A stretch of DNA of 64,000 nt from Strigamia acuminata (Eukaryota). Shown here one piece after another: positions 15,801 to 25,836 of the stretch (within the stretch, counting starts at the first letter, position 1; every line of letters starts with the position of its first letter). The stretch is from positions 20,026,001 through 20,090,000 of the forward strand of contig OX442314.1 in NCBI GenBank assembly GCA_949358305.1, written 5' to 3'. Below the pieces are notes generated by a model. It saw only the letters and a list, made by a program, of their open reading frames with translations, was not told the origin of the DNA and did no database searches. Both the position numbers and the translations under genes were made by a program.

Positions 15801-18800
15801 CATGACATATGACATCAGAACTTTGTTCAACAACATGACTGTCTTCATGAAGACAATAATAGTTTGTAGTGGTGGTTCAGTGGTTAAGGCAATGGACCAG
15901 GAATCTTTCCACACAGGTTCAAATCCTGTTGGGTGTGAATATATTTACATTTATTTTTTGTTAAATTTTAGCAGTTATTTTAATGTTTGTAATTTTATAT
16001 TTGTTTCCAGAAAATTTTAATTTGGTTAATTTTAATTTTTTAACAAATATAAAATTACAAACATTAAAATAACTGCTAAAATTTAACAAAAAATAAATGT
16101 AAATATATTCACACCACTACAAACTATTATTGTCTTCATGAAGACAGTCATGTTGTTGAACAAAGTTCTGATGTCATATGTCATGTGATATCAAAAGAGG
16201 AAATGACATCATTGAATCTCAAATGGTAAAATTGAACTTGGATCTTGGAACTATTTTTTACCTAGCAACTGTTGTTTACAGTATTCATACACTAGGCCTG
16301 ATTGCTCAGATTTGATGTATACACAGACAAAATAGTGCCAACTTTCAGCTCATTGTTTGCATTGTTGGCTGTTCATGGAATGAAATTATTTTAGGGTCTC
16401 ATTCAGCATGATATAACAATCCTTCTTGTTTAATATTACAACAATCTGTGATAGCTTATTGGTGCTCTCCCCTTGTAAGATGAAGTCATTTCTTAAAGGA
16501 TTTCCAATCAATCCAGAAATTCGAAAACAATGCATTAATTGAGGTCGGACATCTTGGATCCAGCCAGATCGAAGAAGTGGATCCTGGTCAAATAAACTTC
16601 AGAACTGACTTCGTCATGCTACCACGCATTGCTTTTTTTTTATTACGGGCTTTCAGAAAATGTAAAAATCCTACTCAGTGCACTTGAACTTTAACACACT
16701 CTAGTCCGGACATGTGGCCTTTGTACAGACCAGAGAATGTACGCTCCACGGATTGGACATTCCCTGGACCGGACAAGTTTCTGAGACGGTCTCAGAAACT
16801 TGTCCGGTCTCAGTGAGACCCATCTTATGTCCGGACCGCACAGAGTACACTGTATATATTTTAAAAAAATTACTTGTAATTGAATATAAATTGGAAAGTG
16901 GGGATTCCAAAACTTTTCCTGCTGCATCAAATGCCCTAAATCCAAATTGGACTCCATCTACAATATCAACAACGGCACCCAAGAAACTTCCAATTCCTCT
17001 GAAAGTTTTGAAAGTGCTGCCATTCAGAGACAAATTAACACTAGGTTCCGTAAAGACTTGAATATTCTAAACAAACAAAAAAAAACTTAAAATAAAACCA
17101 AAACGAGTACACTATCCGAACCGGCAGAAAATCATGCTTACCAAAGCTGAATCCGGACCTGAAAATACTCGACGTTTGTCAGCATCGAGAACCATTACCC
17201 AAAGTCCAGGTACTTGAACGTGGGCAGGAACACGAAATGATCCAGGCGATGTTATTTCGCTGTCAAAAACATTTAAATCAACGATCTGCAGTTCAGTGGC
17301 AGTCTGCGCTGCAATTGTTAAAAGAAAATTTAAAAAAAAGATTTCTGATTGAAACTTCCATTCATTTATCTTGCACAACCTGTCGTCTTTAAGCGAGTAA
17401 AAATTGCTGACTCCGATTTGTCTCGTGCTTCACACACAGGAGTCTGGTTATACAATTTGTATGTAGATGATGGTACAAATGCCCCTTGATCTTGTTTACA
17501 ATCTTTTAAATACTCACAAAATGCAGATTGAGAATATACATTTTGCATTTCATAAAATGTAACACATGAATGACTCAAATCGGAATATTCCAACGGCTGT
17601 CTGTCTCCAGTTCGAGGAACAAGCAAAGTCGCATTTAGAAATAAAAACTGATAGCGATACACGTCCCGAATAGCCACATCCTTAAATTCGACAAATCCAT
17701 CTGTCGCTCTTTTATGCAGAACTTGATCGTAATTGCGGAACGACGTTATGACTTCATCACCTGCTAATTCAGCATCCGTATTGTACAAAAAGTCGTGGAC
17801 AAGCCCTCCTTGCATAAACGTTTTAGCTTGGTAACCAACAGTCACCTCGACTATCAAACTCGAGTCAAGTCCCGTCGTTATTCGGTTCTTGTTTTGATCG
17901 ACTATTTCCAAAGAAAACGTAAACAGTTGATTTGCAAACATTTCATCTTGAGGCTTCTGATGCCAATTTAATTTTGCAATTCCTTTAAATCAAATTTAAG
18001 CCATTAGTTGAATTGTATTTCTAGACATAAAAATCTATAATTTACGATTATAAATTTTAATTGGATTAGTAAGAACCGACAATGTTTTTCCATTCACGAA
18101 AACAGAAAATCCAATTTGACGAAGTAAACAATATTGAGTTCCAGATGCTCCATCCGTAATACTGTGAACTAGCCCTTGTGCGATGAGGTAGTTTCCATGA
18201 ATTGGCACAAACGGGATTACGAGCTTATTTTCCTGATAAACTTCAAAACTACACTTGCTTCTACAAAATAAAAAGCATTGCTTCTAAGTGAATTAAACTA
18301 TTATGGAATGATTTTCCAATTTACTGTACCGAAAATGCTCCTCAGAGAATCGTCTGGGGTCACCTAATTCATAATCACTCGCGGCTAATTGGCAGACTTT
18401 AATTAAGCTATCAGGTATTGATGAATTGCAACCACTAGACTCCGAAACGTTAACTGTAAGAATAAAGCCATTCTTTTTTAAGAAACACGACTACATCGTG
18501 ACATCGTTCATTAAGTACTGGCTGGTTGGGATGATATGTTAAAATATTTTGGTCGTAATTGATACGGAATATCCTGTGGTCGTAATAGATTTCCATTTGT
18601 TGTTGTGCATAAATATGCCACAATTGGTCGACTTATTCTTTGATTATTTGACACAGAATAAATATCATCATCGGCATTCGGTTTTATTTCTGCTGGAAAG
18701 TAGTTTTTAAAAGGGCCATTTTTCGGAAAACAAATCCCAATATCATCTAAATTTTTGTAAATTATGATGTAGAATTTTATTCGACCAATTAATTTATTAC

Positions 18801-18880
18801 TTACCTGGTAATGAATAAACACAATCCAATAAACTCAAGCGCAGCAAGCAAATTAATAAACCTAGCTCTTTGGTGTTCAT
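1..18880 (-). CDS. Multi-exon single-pass receptor, receptor guanylyl cyclase-like (signal peptide, long N-terminal extension, ANF-receptor domain, 3 EGF-like repeats, TM, start of kinase-homology-like region); 3' part outside the window
   Basis: ATG at 18880 gives MNTKELGLLICLLRLSLLDCVYSLP (signal-like). About 20 exons splice in consistent phase. ANF/PBP1-type motifs: LHIGLFG..AILAVEDINNN, ISGIIGF, GAKIIL, GYKWI, YDAVLTFA, FEGLTG. EGF-like repeats at about 8560-7790 (CFQGTCVGPFKCSCDPLWSGKAC, CLHGKCIAPNYCECNVGYFGREC). TM LIGVFIVSILLACAVVLAVLIFVFVWL-KKR. Exon 7631-7364 has WLVNWEDV and ANWKGNIYYVK, typical of the rGC juxtamembrane region. A GC donor at 7363 and an acceptor at 20-19 (next exon GFIKAP) are tentative; no cyclase domain is visible. 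Confidence 0.8.
1369..1692 (-). mobile_element. MULE/Mutator transposase fragment (decayed)
   Basis: The minus-strand frame ends EIMVFAGQKLLNAAVNATSFMMDGTFSV, matching the MULE transposase xxDGTF motif context; it stops immediately after. Confidence 0.55.
1998..6832 (+). mobile_element. Intact Ty1/copia LTR retrotransposon (copia-1)
   Basis: 199-bp LTRs at 1998-2196 and 6634-6832 (TG...CA, one mismatch); 5-bp TSD GGATT; PBS ggttatggggccag at about 2201 (internal tRNA-iMet type); PPT aggggaag at about 6623. Confidence 0.97.
2699..6610 (+). CDS. Copia gag-pol polyprotein
   Basis: Uninterrupted ORF: zinc knuckle CYNCNKFGHYARDC, protease DSGAS, integrase HSD/TDNG/SER, RT YVDD, RNase H ADADW; PR-IN-RT-RH order. 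Confidence 0.97.
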   Translation: MTDTTSSSGITSYGIEKMDGSNYLSWAFSVKLLLTEKKLWAVVDGTEKEADATKLAELTNKAFSIIGLTIKTQQQSHIRGLKSPKEAWDRLKEVYEPTNSLRIVQLRRELYSTMKQTGENMDKYLMRVSECSERLTNAGQTVGDTDLAWAMLCGLTKEYEGLITSVHTIAKADFTSNKIKDMILAESSRRETSDNIKRDSAVLIANKVPLQRDLKKIKCYNCNKFGHYARDCHKPRKERSNASKDSGDQKKVNVMSALAAQADSNDVWVIDSGASHHMTAQKSKFVTTEDPKVAEINIANGKKVKVEAQGDVNVNFVYQGQAVPTLLKGVLLVPEVTMNLLSVAQLEAKGYWLTFKDGFCHVMNSRDIEVLRAKKENGMYLVSESTQHVLAATTEATKNEIWHQRFMHVALDSLHKMSKKDKVRGLEINKNAITKCDSCLQGKSKRQPFNKEERKLAPGILDLVHSDIAGPFQTRSKSGHRYYITFVDDKSRKIDVYFLTHKSQALEKFQDYLTRVERKTGKKIKALRTDNGLEYCNEEFDKFLTERGITHQRTAVYTPEQNGISERLNRTLLDLVRSSLIQSRLSADFWAEAVNTAVYVRNRTVTHITGKTPYEAWYQRTPSVKHLRVFGCNAVMHVPAPKRRKLDERGEKCIFLGYSAGEKTYRLWNTKKRKVMTSRDVVFKESDFGFNETNKQDAKEVMTLVFGGDEDEPKQVPPVPKPKRGRPTKADAVPKQYEPTQMKLRSQVQQQAEPEVAETGEEEEEGEDGENLEGTAMFCQFGEPSTYQEALNSTDATEWKTAIDDELNSLHKNKTWEITDLPKDSKAIGCKWVFRIKQNPDGSVERYKARLVAKGFTQRYGHDYTETYSPVAGIATMRLIIAIAVVLGWVMEQIDVTTAYLNGVLEEEVYMEIPEGLVMKNLKNLKNKVCRLIKSLYGLKQSGRAWNDKLDEELEKQSFKRCLSDACVYWIQIGNERGIIGVYVDDMIIAGQSENMCREIKKKLRKCFDIKELGRLKYMLGIEFGQDKSGNMFLTQEKYTEKVLKRFNMADSKPMATPMVTCSDNEKTEPKEFEDLTIEPYREVIGCLSYLANSTRPDISHAVNVLAQFNSKPKANHWQMAKRILRYLAGTKTLGLVFSNKKGLLTAFADADWANCKMDRRSYSGNSLKLADNLVIWQSRKQKVVATSSMESEYISMCDCSKDIIWMRRLIEELGLPALIGGPTVLKCDNQPAKAFAQSNVENRRSKHIDVRYHYIREQIKSKRIKLEFVPTENNEADVFTKPLAKVKFEMFRNSLGVKPIIR
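6940..7212. repeat. 23-bp tandem repeats plus right end of a MULE-like MITE (family of 32846-33262)
   Basis: Repeated cgtgtcgcgccacgctattccac; ends atgtcgcgccctgtacgcatca like 33239-33260. Confidence 0.65.
10378..10913. mobile_element. Tc1/pogo-type MITE
   Basis: TIRs cagtcgaaactctttat...ataaagagtttcgactg, flanked by TA. Confidence 0.85.
12362..12521. mobile_element. hAT-type MITE
   Basis: CAGG...CCTG ends; 8-bp TSD catgcgtg. Confidence 0.8.
14336..15232 (+). mobile_element. Internally deleted MULE with SWIM zinc-finger remnant
   Basis: C-rich left and G-rich right long imperfect inverted arms (tgacccccatttttgacta / tagtcaaaatgggg); frameshifted TCTCP..ICKHIVG SWIM motif followed by KRKPGRPAKAKRAL. 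Boundaries approximate. Confidence 0.7.
15273..16690. mobile_element. Kolobok-type MITE (TTAA target, AG...CT ends)
   Basis: About 55-bp TIRs (aagtgcactgagtgggatttttacattttctgaaagcccgtaataaaaaa); TTAA on both sides. Confidence 0.75.
15511..16475. mobile_element. Near-perfect foldback MITE, TAA TSD (PIF/Harbinger-like)
   Basis: caaggggagagcacc...ggtgctctccccttg; arms almost identical over more than 400 bp; TAA on both sides. Confidence 0.9.
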
Positions 18881-19506
18881 TTTTGCTAAGAATGTGTAAA
18901 CAGCACGTTTTCAGCACTGGGTATTGTTATTGTCACACTCCACCAACTTTGTTACAAAAGTTGATGATTGCCAAATAAGGGAGTGCTCATCTGCTTACAT
19001 GAGTTGATTTATTTTGATATTAACGTTTGTCGCACACAAATATTTCCCACCTATTTAATAGCCCCACCACTTCAACTAAATTGCAACAAAGCATTCTTAG
19101 TTGTGCCTGTTAGCAAAGGCAAGGGGGAGGAACAAATACGATTCCCAACAAGTCACCCATCTATTAATTACTGCTGAATAGTGACCATTTTTTTATGTAA
19201 AATAAAAATTGTTTTAATTTTAAATTTTCTGCGCTCAAGAGGAAATCCACTCCCTGGATCTGCCATCTACCCACGTAGTAATTTTATAATATTTGCTAAC
19301 AATCTGTTGTTACCATGAAAGTAAATTGATATCTGGTGTGGCATTACGGATTCTAAGACTACACTTGAATTTAAATAACCTAAACAATAACCTATTAGAA
19401 TTGATACCAATATTTATAATTAGCAAATTAGTGTACGTTGCATTTATTATCTGTTTACACAAGAAGTGTTTTTATTTAAAAAGATATCAACTGGTAGACG
19501 TTGATC

Positions 19507-20903
19507 ATGGTTCAACCGTTATTTAAGTTCGTTGTAATTGTGTTTATCGCAAATTATTTCGTAAGGAATAATCATTCACAAAATATAATTGCGTAATTTC
19601 ATTTATAATCTATTTATATTTCAATGCAGTGCACATCTGAAACTCAAGCTGATCTCCGGAATCAAGGAGGTAAAATTCTCATCAATTATTTCTTACAAAA
19701 CTAAAGCTCGTCTGTTAACACAAACACCTAAAGTTCGCGCCTGGTATTTTGATGCCAAACTCAAACTGCGCATCACATTCTGTGTATGTATTTTACGTGG
19801 CAATTGCTGCACACAAACACTGGCGCAACCAGGGGGGGGGGAGGGTGGCTATGGGGCCATGGTCACCCCAAAGAGATCATAAAAATTTATTAAAAACGTT
19901 TAATGTTTATGGTACAAAATTCAAAAATTTTCCTGGGTTAGGGGGCGTGCTGAAACCAATGCCCCCCTCTGAAATCTGAACATTTTCTAGATCCGCCTCT
20001 GCACACAAAGGAAATAAAACAACAAAGTTTTATGTTAATGAGTTTATTGTTATTTATTTACTTTATATTAGCATTAGTAGACCTAATATTACGCTTAATA
20101 CTGCTAAATAACAACAGGAAATCATCTGCGCTGAATGGAATGCGCAGTATGAATTTGGCATCAAGATATCCAGCACGAACTGTAGGCTTCAAACACTCAT
20201 TTACAGGATCGGAATAAAAAAAAACTTTTTACTCTGTTTTCCTAATATTTTTATACTAACAAGCAAAAAAATAAAAAAGTTGTTTACGAGCATTTTACAC
20301 CTATCTAACATACTTGCAATGCAAAAAAGTTGCACTTCACCTAACATTTTGGGGGATTTTTAAAAGACAAAACTAACAAAATATGTACATTAATTAAAAG
20401 GCAGTAAACAAGAAATAGTTGCGGCACAGAATGTACAGACTGGAGGCAAAGATTCAGCACAAGCAGAACAAACCGGATCAAAGAAGGTGAAACGTGAAAC
20501 CAAAAAAGAAATGAAACAGAAAGAAGAAAAAAAGAAAATTCAAAGTATGGGAGGCGGTTTTAATGATTATCCACCTATGTTTGCTGTCCCTGACGCTGCT
20601 GCAGCAACTACAGTTGACCCCTTAGCTGCCCGAGAACTAAGTGCTCCTCGCAAAGTTAACGCTGATTCACATAAGGTTCGTAAACATGTCTCTGAAGAAA
20701 GTTCATCAGTTAGTGACTCTTCCAGTGAACAACTGTCTTCTGAGGAGAGCTACTTTCGAGAAGACCTTGCCAGATATCTCTATAAAATTCAACTCCTAAA
20801 TAAATATCGCGCAGCATACCAAGCACAAAATCCAAAAATTGAATATTTTTTTGATTTTCATCAAGTAATTGTACCAGAACAACCAGACTATTATTCGAGG
20901 TAA
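19507..20903 (+). CDS. Secreted family member 0 (divergent, lacks the Gly/Asn cassette)
   Basis: Exons 19507-19560 (MVQPLFKFVVIVFIANYF), 19630-19669 and 20401-20899 splice in phase. Ser-rich block; C-terminus EDLARYLY...EYFFDFHQVIVP is homologous to the other copies. A phase-2 donor at 20900 matches the paralogues, so the true end may lie after 20984. Confidence 0.7.
19818..20001. mobile_element. hAT-type MITE in intron 2 of member 0
   Basis: CA...TG ends; 8-bp TSD cacacaaa. Confidence 0.7.
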
Positions 20904-22935
20904 ATAATAATAAACAGAGAATAAACAAATAAAAAAAATCACTCATCTTTTGGAGTGGTTGATAAATAACTAATTTCTCGTCAGTGACTTGTATAATCAT
21001 TTGCCCATGAATCTTCCAAATTTGAGACTCGACAGGAATTTAATTCCTGTCCAGTCTCAAATAGTCACGTGGTTGCACACATTTTCTTTTGATTTCGCAC
21101 GTTTTAATTTAAATTACATTTTATATCTGTAAAATTGAAATGCTTAGGTGACTTCAATATTATTTTATTTTACCGTTCTGTTTTTCTTGCTTCATCGCTT
21201 TTTCGTTTTTCAAAAAATGAAATGACGTCATTGAAAAAAAATTGCATCGCTTTGAAAAGTAGAAGAGGAAGGAAAGCAGCAAAGAGAAAAATAATATTAA
21301 ACTCACCTACTGCCAGCTCTTGACTTACTAATCATCAGATGCGTTCAATGCCTGGTATTATAAAAATCCTGGGTCGTAATTGGAAAATTTACAGTTTTTG
21401 CTTATCAACTAAATAAAAAATTGTAACAAAAGATTAGGCTATCAAATTAAGTCAATTTATGACAGGTAGAATTTTTTAATTTTTTTTACCCTAGCTTTTC
21501 TTCTGAAATGTCTGAATCTGATTCCAGAGAAGAGCCCCGACCTCCTTCCGGCCGCCCCGAGCCTCTGTTAGGTCGTGTAATGTGGTAAACAAATCGTATC
21601 ATTTTACAATTTTGTACACCGTTGAAATAAAACTGCGATATTCCTAGAAAAAAAAATTATAAATTGGCATACTAATTGTCAACTAACTGCCTTGCTCTCA
21701 CGAATTTCTTCCAATTTCTTCAAATGTCAACAAATTTCCATTTCAGGCGAAAACGTGCTGGCCCGGAAGCGCTCTAAACCTGCGCAGAACAAATGCGCAA
21801 TCGACCTGCGCAGAAAGATGCGCATAAGACCGTTGTGGTCAGGTTTAGAGCGCGGCGGCGGTCCGAGTCCGTTTTCGCCCCAAATTGAATTTTTCAAAAG
21901 ATTTTAGAATTTCCTCCAATTTAGAAAATATCAAAAATTACAAATAAACTTTGTCTCTTCTCAATCATTCTACTTTCCAAAAGAACCGTACATAATGGAG
22001 AAGAGGAAATTTTATTACTGGTTTTTAAGAAAATCGGGTCCGTGTGTCATCATTCTGCAAGACAGATTTGTCGTGATGAAAGCATTCGAGCACGTGGTTA
22101 AGTCTGCATTATGTTCCCAAAAAATAAACACTCAAATTTCGACAAATTTAATAAAAAATTATTTTAAAAACATTTAATTCGCAAAATATTTAATCGCAAC
22201 TACGGTAGTTAGTTTTTATAATTGATTCATGTACAATCGTGGACAAAAAAATTGTACTACAGTTGATATTGTATTATGATTATGATTTTACTTTTTGCTA
22301 AATTTTTGTGACACGGAAATGTTACATACAGGCTAGTTTGCTCTCTCTAAGACAACGCGTTGCTTCACTCTTGATGGCTCCTGTACTCCATCACTGAATT
22401 ACCCGATGTCCCAATGCGCGTCCATCATGATGTGCTGTAGTTGCGCACAAAAAATGTATTAATGTCTAGCACTCTTTCTCTCGACTTTAGGAGAAACAGC
22501 GATCTCGAGAGGGAAATTAAAGCACGTTTTGAATACGTTTTTAGTAAAAATAAATTAGGAAATGGTATTAAAACAGGTTAAAAGCACGTTTCGAGTGTGT
22601 TTTGATTGAAACAAATGTATAAAATGGGATTAAACCGGTATAAATACAACGCAGACTCCCAAATTCTAGGAAAACGACGGCAAGCTCAGCGGATGCCAAG
22701 GATCGCCACTGAAGATCGAAAAGAATATTGGTCCCAAAAATGGCCCCTTACAGATTGTCCTCCCATCACTACACACTCCTTATTTCTTAATACGGAATTA
22801 AATTTTTAGTACATGCTTTAATTTTTTAAATTGATTGTAAACGATAGAATCATGTTACCTAAAAAACAAGTCAATTTAAAAAAAATCAATTATTAAATAC
22901 TATCACATGTAAATTGATGTATATCGTAATGCTAT

Positions 22936-23065
22936 ATTCAGGATATGGTATGATACTAATTACTAACGAACACACTATAAACCTCGTACGACTATTATTG
23001 TCCAATAAATGTTGCTAAAAATACTGTGTGTATTCAAGTTTACTATTACGTATTACGGATCTAAA
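22936..23065 (+). promoter_or_regulatory. Conserved core-promoter/5'UTR module of the gene family
   Basis: tattcaggatatggtatg ... cacactataaacc ... gtattcaagtttactattacg recurs before members 1, 2 and 3; variant atcctgtgcaatataaa precedes members 5, 6 and 7. TATA-like boxes at 22976, 26481, 29829, 46154, 51595, 61241. Confidence 0.65.
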
Positions 23066-23186
23066 AAGATTTTTTATGTTAATTGAAATTAATATTCAAC
23101 TTCAAATTACCAAATGATATAGAACAACAGCCCAGTAAATTCTAATTGTTTTACAGCGGTGTTATCAGATGTGGTATTCAGTTGCC

Positions 23187-24310
23187 ATGTTGAAAAACAT
23201 CCCAATTTCAATTTTCTTGGTCGTTTGGATGGTTACACTGACAAAAGTAATTATTGTTACCAAATTTTTTCAATATCTTTTTCAAATTCTTTTTCTTTAC
23301 ATACATTTAATTTTTTTTTACAGAGTCAAGACGAAGTTGACGGAAACGGATTGGGAAAAGGTGAGAAAAACTAAAAAAAATTATTTACATATGATAATTT
23401 ATATTATTCCTTTAAGCCTACGGTGGAACGGCTAGTGATGAAATACAAGCACCCCATCATCGCAAACCCCGTCATGGTAGCCGTCATAGGTCGAAAAATA
23501 GGAGACACCAAGACGAGGGATATGTTATGGCAAACGCAAATGATCAACGCCAACAAGGCGACAGACGAGCCGCACAAGACCAACAAGGCAACAGACGAAC
23601 AGCACAATACGAACGGGCCAACAGACGACGGCAACGCCAGCAAGGGAACAAACAACTGGAAACTTCAGGAGGAGGATTCAATGCAAATATAAACCAAAAT
23701 AATGAATTTTCACCGACTATTGGAAATATGGGAGAGATTGGAAGTATTGGCGGAAGGGCAGCTAGTCAACTGGAGAGTTCGGGAGGAGGCTTCAATGCAA
23801 ATATAAATCAAAATAATAATTTTTCACCTACTTTTGGAAATATTGGGGATATTGGAAGTATTGGCGGAAGAGCTGCTAATCAACTGGAGAGTTCGGGAGG
23901 AGGCTTCAATGCAAATATAAATCAAGATAATAATTTTTCACCTAATTTTGGAAATATGGGAGCAATTGGAAGTATTGGCGGAAGAGCTGCACCAAGAGAT
24001 AGCACGACTTCGAAAATAGAAAGTTATTTAGATAATCTTTCCGAGGATGACATTGCTAAGTTCTTGTATTATGGCATTACAACATTGATAAGACATGCTG
24101 ACCAAAAACACAAAGGTTCAACACAACCACACAAACCTGATTATTTCTTTGATTTCCGTCAAATTTATCTGCCTACCGACCGCAGGTATCACCGTCATAT
24201 TTTCACTGTATAAATGCTGTGATTGAATACAATTTTTTTTCTTCTTTTTACTTTTAAAACTTTTCAGTGATAGTTCTTCATCAGAATCAGATTCCGGCAG
24301 TGATGAGTGA
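23187..24310 (+). CDS. Secreted repeat precursor, member 1 (3 Gly/Asn cassettes)
   Basis: Exons 23187-23246 (MLKNIPISIFLVVWMVTLTK), 23324-23360, 23417-24185 and 24268-24310 (SDSSSSESDSGSDE*); all GT-AG and in phase. Confidence 0.88.
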
Positions 24311-25590
24311 GTGATGAGTCGTGACACAGTGTATGGCACAGGGTTTGGCTAATTAAATATAAATTTAATTTTATATGTAATAAAATCTCATAATTCAAAA
24401 TTAAACAAAACAAAAAAAATTTACGTACATTACAATAGCTCAGAGAATAAAAAGCTTAAGTAATTAGATTAAATAATAACAAATCTACAAGTACTTTATT
24501 TCAATTATTTTATTGTACTCCGTATTAAATATTCAAAGATTTACTTTGTATAAAAACTTGTGATAGAAAAACACGTGATTTAATTTTTGTTAATTGTGTA
24601 CAACCCGTGAACAAACAAAACTTCCCCTAAAGTGTAGCTGTTTTAAGTTTATCTACTAAAATAAATCCATTGAGATTAAATGATATTAGTCTTTACCCGG
24701 TCTCTTGTCTTGCCCTGATAACAGTATTAAAAGTTCATGATGTTATTTAATCTCAGTGGTTCTTTATGCCTCCTTGTGGACAAACTTAAAACAGCTGTAC
24801 TCCACGTACAGAAGGTTTTTTTGTCGAAGGAAAGATCCATTAGGAAGAAGACCAAATGTTTTGACGTAGAACTATGTTCTAAGAGTATCAGTGTGTTTTT
24901 GCAGAAATGCAAACCAGCATCAGCAACGGAAATAGCAACCGATGCCAACTGAAAACCTCATAACCTTAACCTAACCACAAGCTCACAAGCAAACCTCACA
25001 ATGCTATAATGTCATTTCCCATCAAGAGATGGCACTTTAATAACAATGTATCGACAACAACAGAACCCAATGCACCCAGGCACACTTAACTTATTACTTC
25101 TCTCAATAGTCAATACAAACCCAATACTAACAGCAAACACACCAACAAACGACTACAACAACTCCTAGCGCCACTCCAGCCGGGATATTGTTCTACGTAA
25201 AACTGGTTCAGCGAATGGCTACAGTTCGCGCCCGGAATCTTGTTGCTAAATTCGTACTCGCATTCCATTCTAGTTCGTATTTAGCAGTATTAAGCCTAAT
25301 ATTAGGTGTAATAATGCTAAAATTTTGTAAATAAACAACAATAAACTCATTTTTAAAAGTGATTTACAATGTAGTATAGTACCGAAATATTGATGCTTCA
25401 TTTTCTCTGATGCGCAACAAGCTTGACAATCGCCATGTTAAACGCATGCGCAGAATGTGATGCGCAGTTTAAATTTAGCATCAAGAGGCGGGTCGCCACT
25501 GATGGTCCAAAAGAATACTCATTGTGGTCGAAAGTATTTCTGGGTGAAAAAAATCCAGTCAAAAATAATTGTCGACTAACATAAAATACT

Positions 25591-25750
25591 AGGTGTATTC
25601 AAAAACTCTAAAACGTATGCAAAACTCGTTTCGTGTTTGTACGTGACGTCATTCCCATTGAATAACATGGGAATGTTATTCAATGGAAATGACGTCACGT
25701 TCAAACACGAAACGAGTTTTGCATACGTTTTAGAGTTTTTGAATGCACCT
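25591..25750. mobile_element. 160-bp hairpin MITE
   Basis: Almost perfect palindrome aggtgtattcaaaaactc...gagtttttgaatgcacct; 3-bp TSD act; ends resemble those of 60029-60831. Confidence 0.85.
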
Positions 25751-25836
25751 ACTGTATTTGAACTACTTTTACTGACCCCATAAAAAACAACATAATTTTT
25801 CACATACGTTAAATTTAAAAATTCATTAAGCTATTA

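Larger units (their letters stand above)
13854..16852. mobile_element. TA-flanked MITE acting as the outer shell of a nest of elements in a receptor-gene intron
   Basis: Imperfect TIRs ta|cagagttctctgtacagaccgga ... tccggaccgcacagagtacactg|ta; shared ccggac motifs at both ends. Confidence 0.6.

Noticed and set aside
15868..15937. Functional tRNA gene
   Set aside because: The acceptor stem does not pair convincingly and the sequence lies inside a MITE; kept only as tRNA-like.
24700..25275. Possible Helitron or LINE fragment ending in CTAG
   Set aside because: No convincing hairpin, 5' end or coding similarity by eye.
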